Source of the DNA: Candidatus Cybelea sp. | GTDB lineage: Bacteria; Vulcanimicrobiota; Vulcanimicrobiia; Vulcanimicrobiales; Vulcanimicrobiaceae | Length of the DNA: 64,000 nucleotides | Reading direction: 5' to 3' | NCBI GenBank assembly: GCA_049800655.1 | Contig: JBARKF010000310.1 | Span: 2,835-66,834 of the forward strand | Part shown: one piece after another, positions 63,171 through 64,000 of the stretch | How positions within the stretch are numbered: the first letter of the stretch is position 1 | Layout of the letters: each line of letters starts with the position of its first letter | Notes under the pieces: model-generated | What the model was told of the DNA's origin: nothing | Databases searched by the model: none | The model's input: only the letters and a program-made list of their open reading frames with translations | Position numbers and translations under genes: made by a program

Positions 63171-64000
63171 CCGTAGGCGTCCAGCGCGCCTTCGCGGACG
63201 CCTTGTGGCGCGAAGATCCGCTCGAGCTCGTGGCGGACGCGGGCATCCGCGGCGACCGCGCGGGCAACGCGTTGCGAGCGTCCGCGCACATGCATGACCA
63301 CCGGCACTTCGCCGGGCCACTCGTCGATCAAACGCGCTAAGCGATCGATTTGCTCCCGATGCGTAACCTCAACGTGCCAACCGCGAACGGCTCCGCCGAA
63401 TGCCTTCGGCGCCGGCGGCACGAAGTCGGAAACCTCGTTTGCGACCACCGAAAGCTCGACGCGAGGTTCGTCGCCGGGAGCCGCACCCGGTCGCTCGCGG
63501 AGGCGAAGGCGTCCCTTGACGATCAGAATCGCATCGTTTTCAAAGCGATGCTGCAGCTCCGGATAGAGCTTCGAAAAGAGCACGACGTCGCAAAGACCCG
63601 TCGTATCCTCGAGTTGCGCGATGAGGATACGCTGGCCCGCTTTGGTGAGTGTCCGGCGGACTCCGGTCACGGTACCCGCAATCGTCACCGCGGCATCATC
63701 CGGCAGCTCTTGGAGCTCTTTGATCGGCATTGCTCCTGCGCTCGCCAGCAGCGGCGCGATCTCCGCCAGCGGATGACCCGAGATGAAAATTCCTAATGTC
63801 TCGCGTTCCCATGAGAGCATCTCGCGGGTCGTAGGCGCCGCAATGCTCGGTAATTTTGGCGCCAGCGTGGGCGTCGCTAGCGCCGAGTCCCCAAAAAGTG
63901 AGACCTGTCCGAGCTCCGCGTCGCGCGTCGTCCTGGCGGCCAGTTCCAGCGCGGTATCGAGCGCCGCGAGTTTCTGTGCGCGATTTCCGGCGATCCCATC
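63167..64000 (-). CDS. dnaE: DNA polymerase III alpha subunit, C-terminal part (5' end off-window)
   Basis: The frame is open to the window edge. WERETLGIFISGHPL and the OB-fold region VTIAGTVTGVRRTLTKAGQRILIAQLEDTTG are present. Confidence 0.9.
   Translation of the reverse strand, partial: DGIAGNRAQKLAALDTALELAARTTRDAELGQVSLFGDSALATPTLAPKLPSIAAPTTREMLSWERETLGIFISGHPLAEIAPLLASAGAMPIKELQELPDDAAVTIAGTVTGVRRTLTKAGQRILIAQLEDTTGLCDVVLFSKLYPELQHRFENDAILIVKGRLRLRERPGAAPGDEPRVELSVVANEVSDFVPPAPKAFGGAVRGWHVEVTHREQIDRLARLIDEWPGEVPVVMHVRGRSQRVARAVAADARVRHELERIFAPQGVREGALDAYG

Overview
A 64 kb chromosomal window from a visibly GC-rich bacterium (G+C not computed). Genes are tightly packed, GTG/TTG starts are common, and 1-4 nt start/stop overlaps (ATGA, GTGA, TTGA, TAATG) are frequent. 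Lipobox lipoproteins, an Mla/MCE lipid-transport operon and an OMP-type C-terminal signature suggest a diderm envelope. PASTA kinase, SpoIID, NFACT/RqcH and cdaA-cdaR-glmM give a Terrabacteria-like flavour; the phylum cannot be assigned from sequence alone. Most of the window is housekeeping: carB; a class B PBP plus PASTA Ser/Thr kinase; ruvCAB; queA; gmk-rpoZ; glmS-rph; mlaEFD; panE; mdh; glcF-like; tRNA-Gln; cdaA-cdaR-glmM followed by a cyclic-di-AMP (ydaO-type) riboswitch in front of an NlpC/P60 hydrolase; rsgA; rpsT; priA; aroB-aroK-aroC behind a sigma factor; thyX-like; ftsZ-ftsA-ftsQ; hisD; and the 3' part of dnaE. Six regions stand out. (1) A 49-bp tandem repeat array at 31.57-31.74 kb ends in a 13-6-13 near-palindrome that overlaps the start codon of a Xer-family tyrosine recombinase. 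A degenerate copy of the repeat junction sits about 4 kb upstream. Together they bracket a lipoprotein cassette of two phosphoesterase paralogs (one frameshifted) and a GH114-like hydrolase. (2) A three-gene operon at 33.07-35.65 kb encodes an unrecognisable P/G/T-rich protein with an acidic tail, a truncated ATP-grasp paralog and an intact ATP-grasp ligase. (3) An MlaD/MCE protein carries a long helical extension and a C-terminal beta-signal-like end (FGFQYQF). (4) A 119-bp duplicated fragment of the carB 3' end brackets a 3 kb two-gene insertion. (5) The c-di-AMP riboswitch lies immediately downstream of the c-di-AMP synthase operon. (6) An untracked 38-codon membrane ORF is coupled to a PuuD-like membrane protein. 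Many long ORFs in the six-frame track are antisense or alternate-frame artefacts of high GC content, or N-terminal over-extensions, and were trimmed or rejected.
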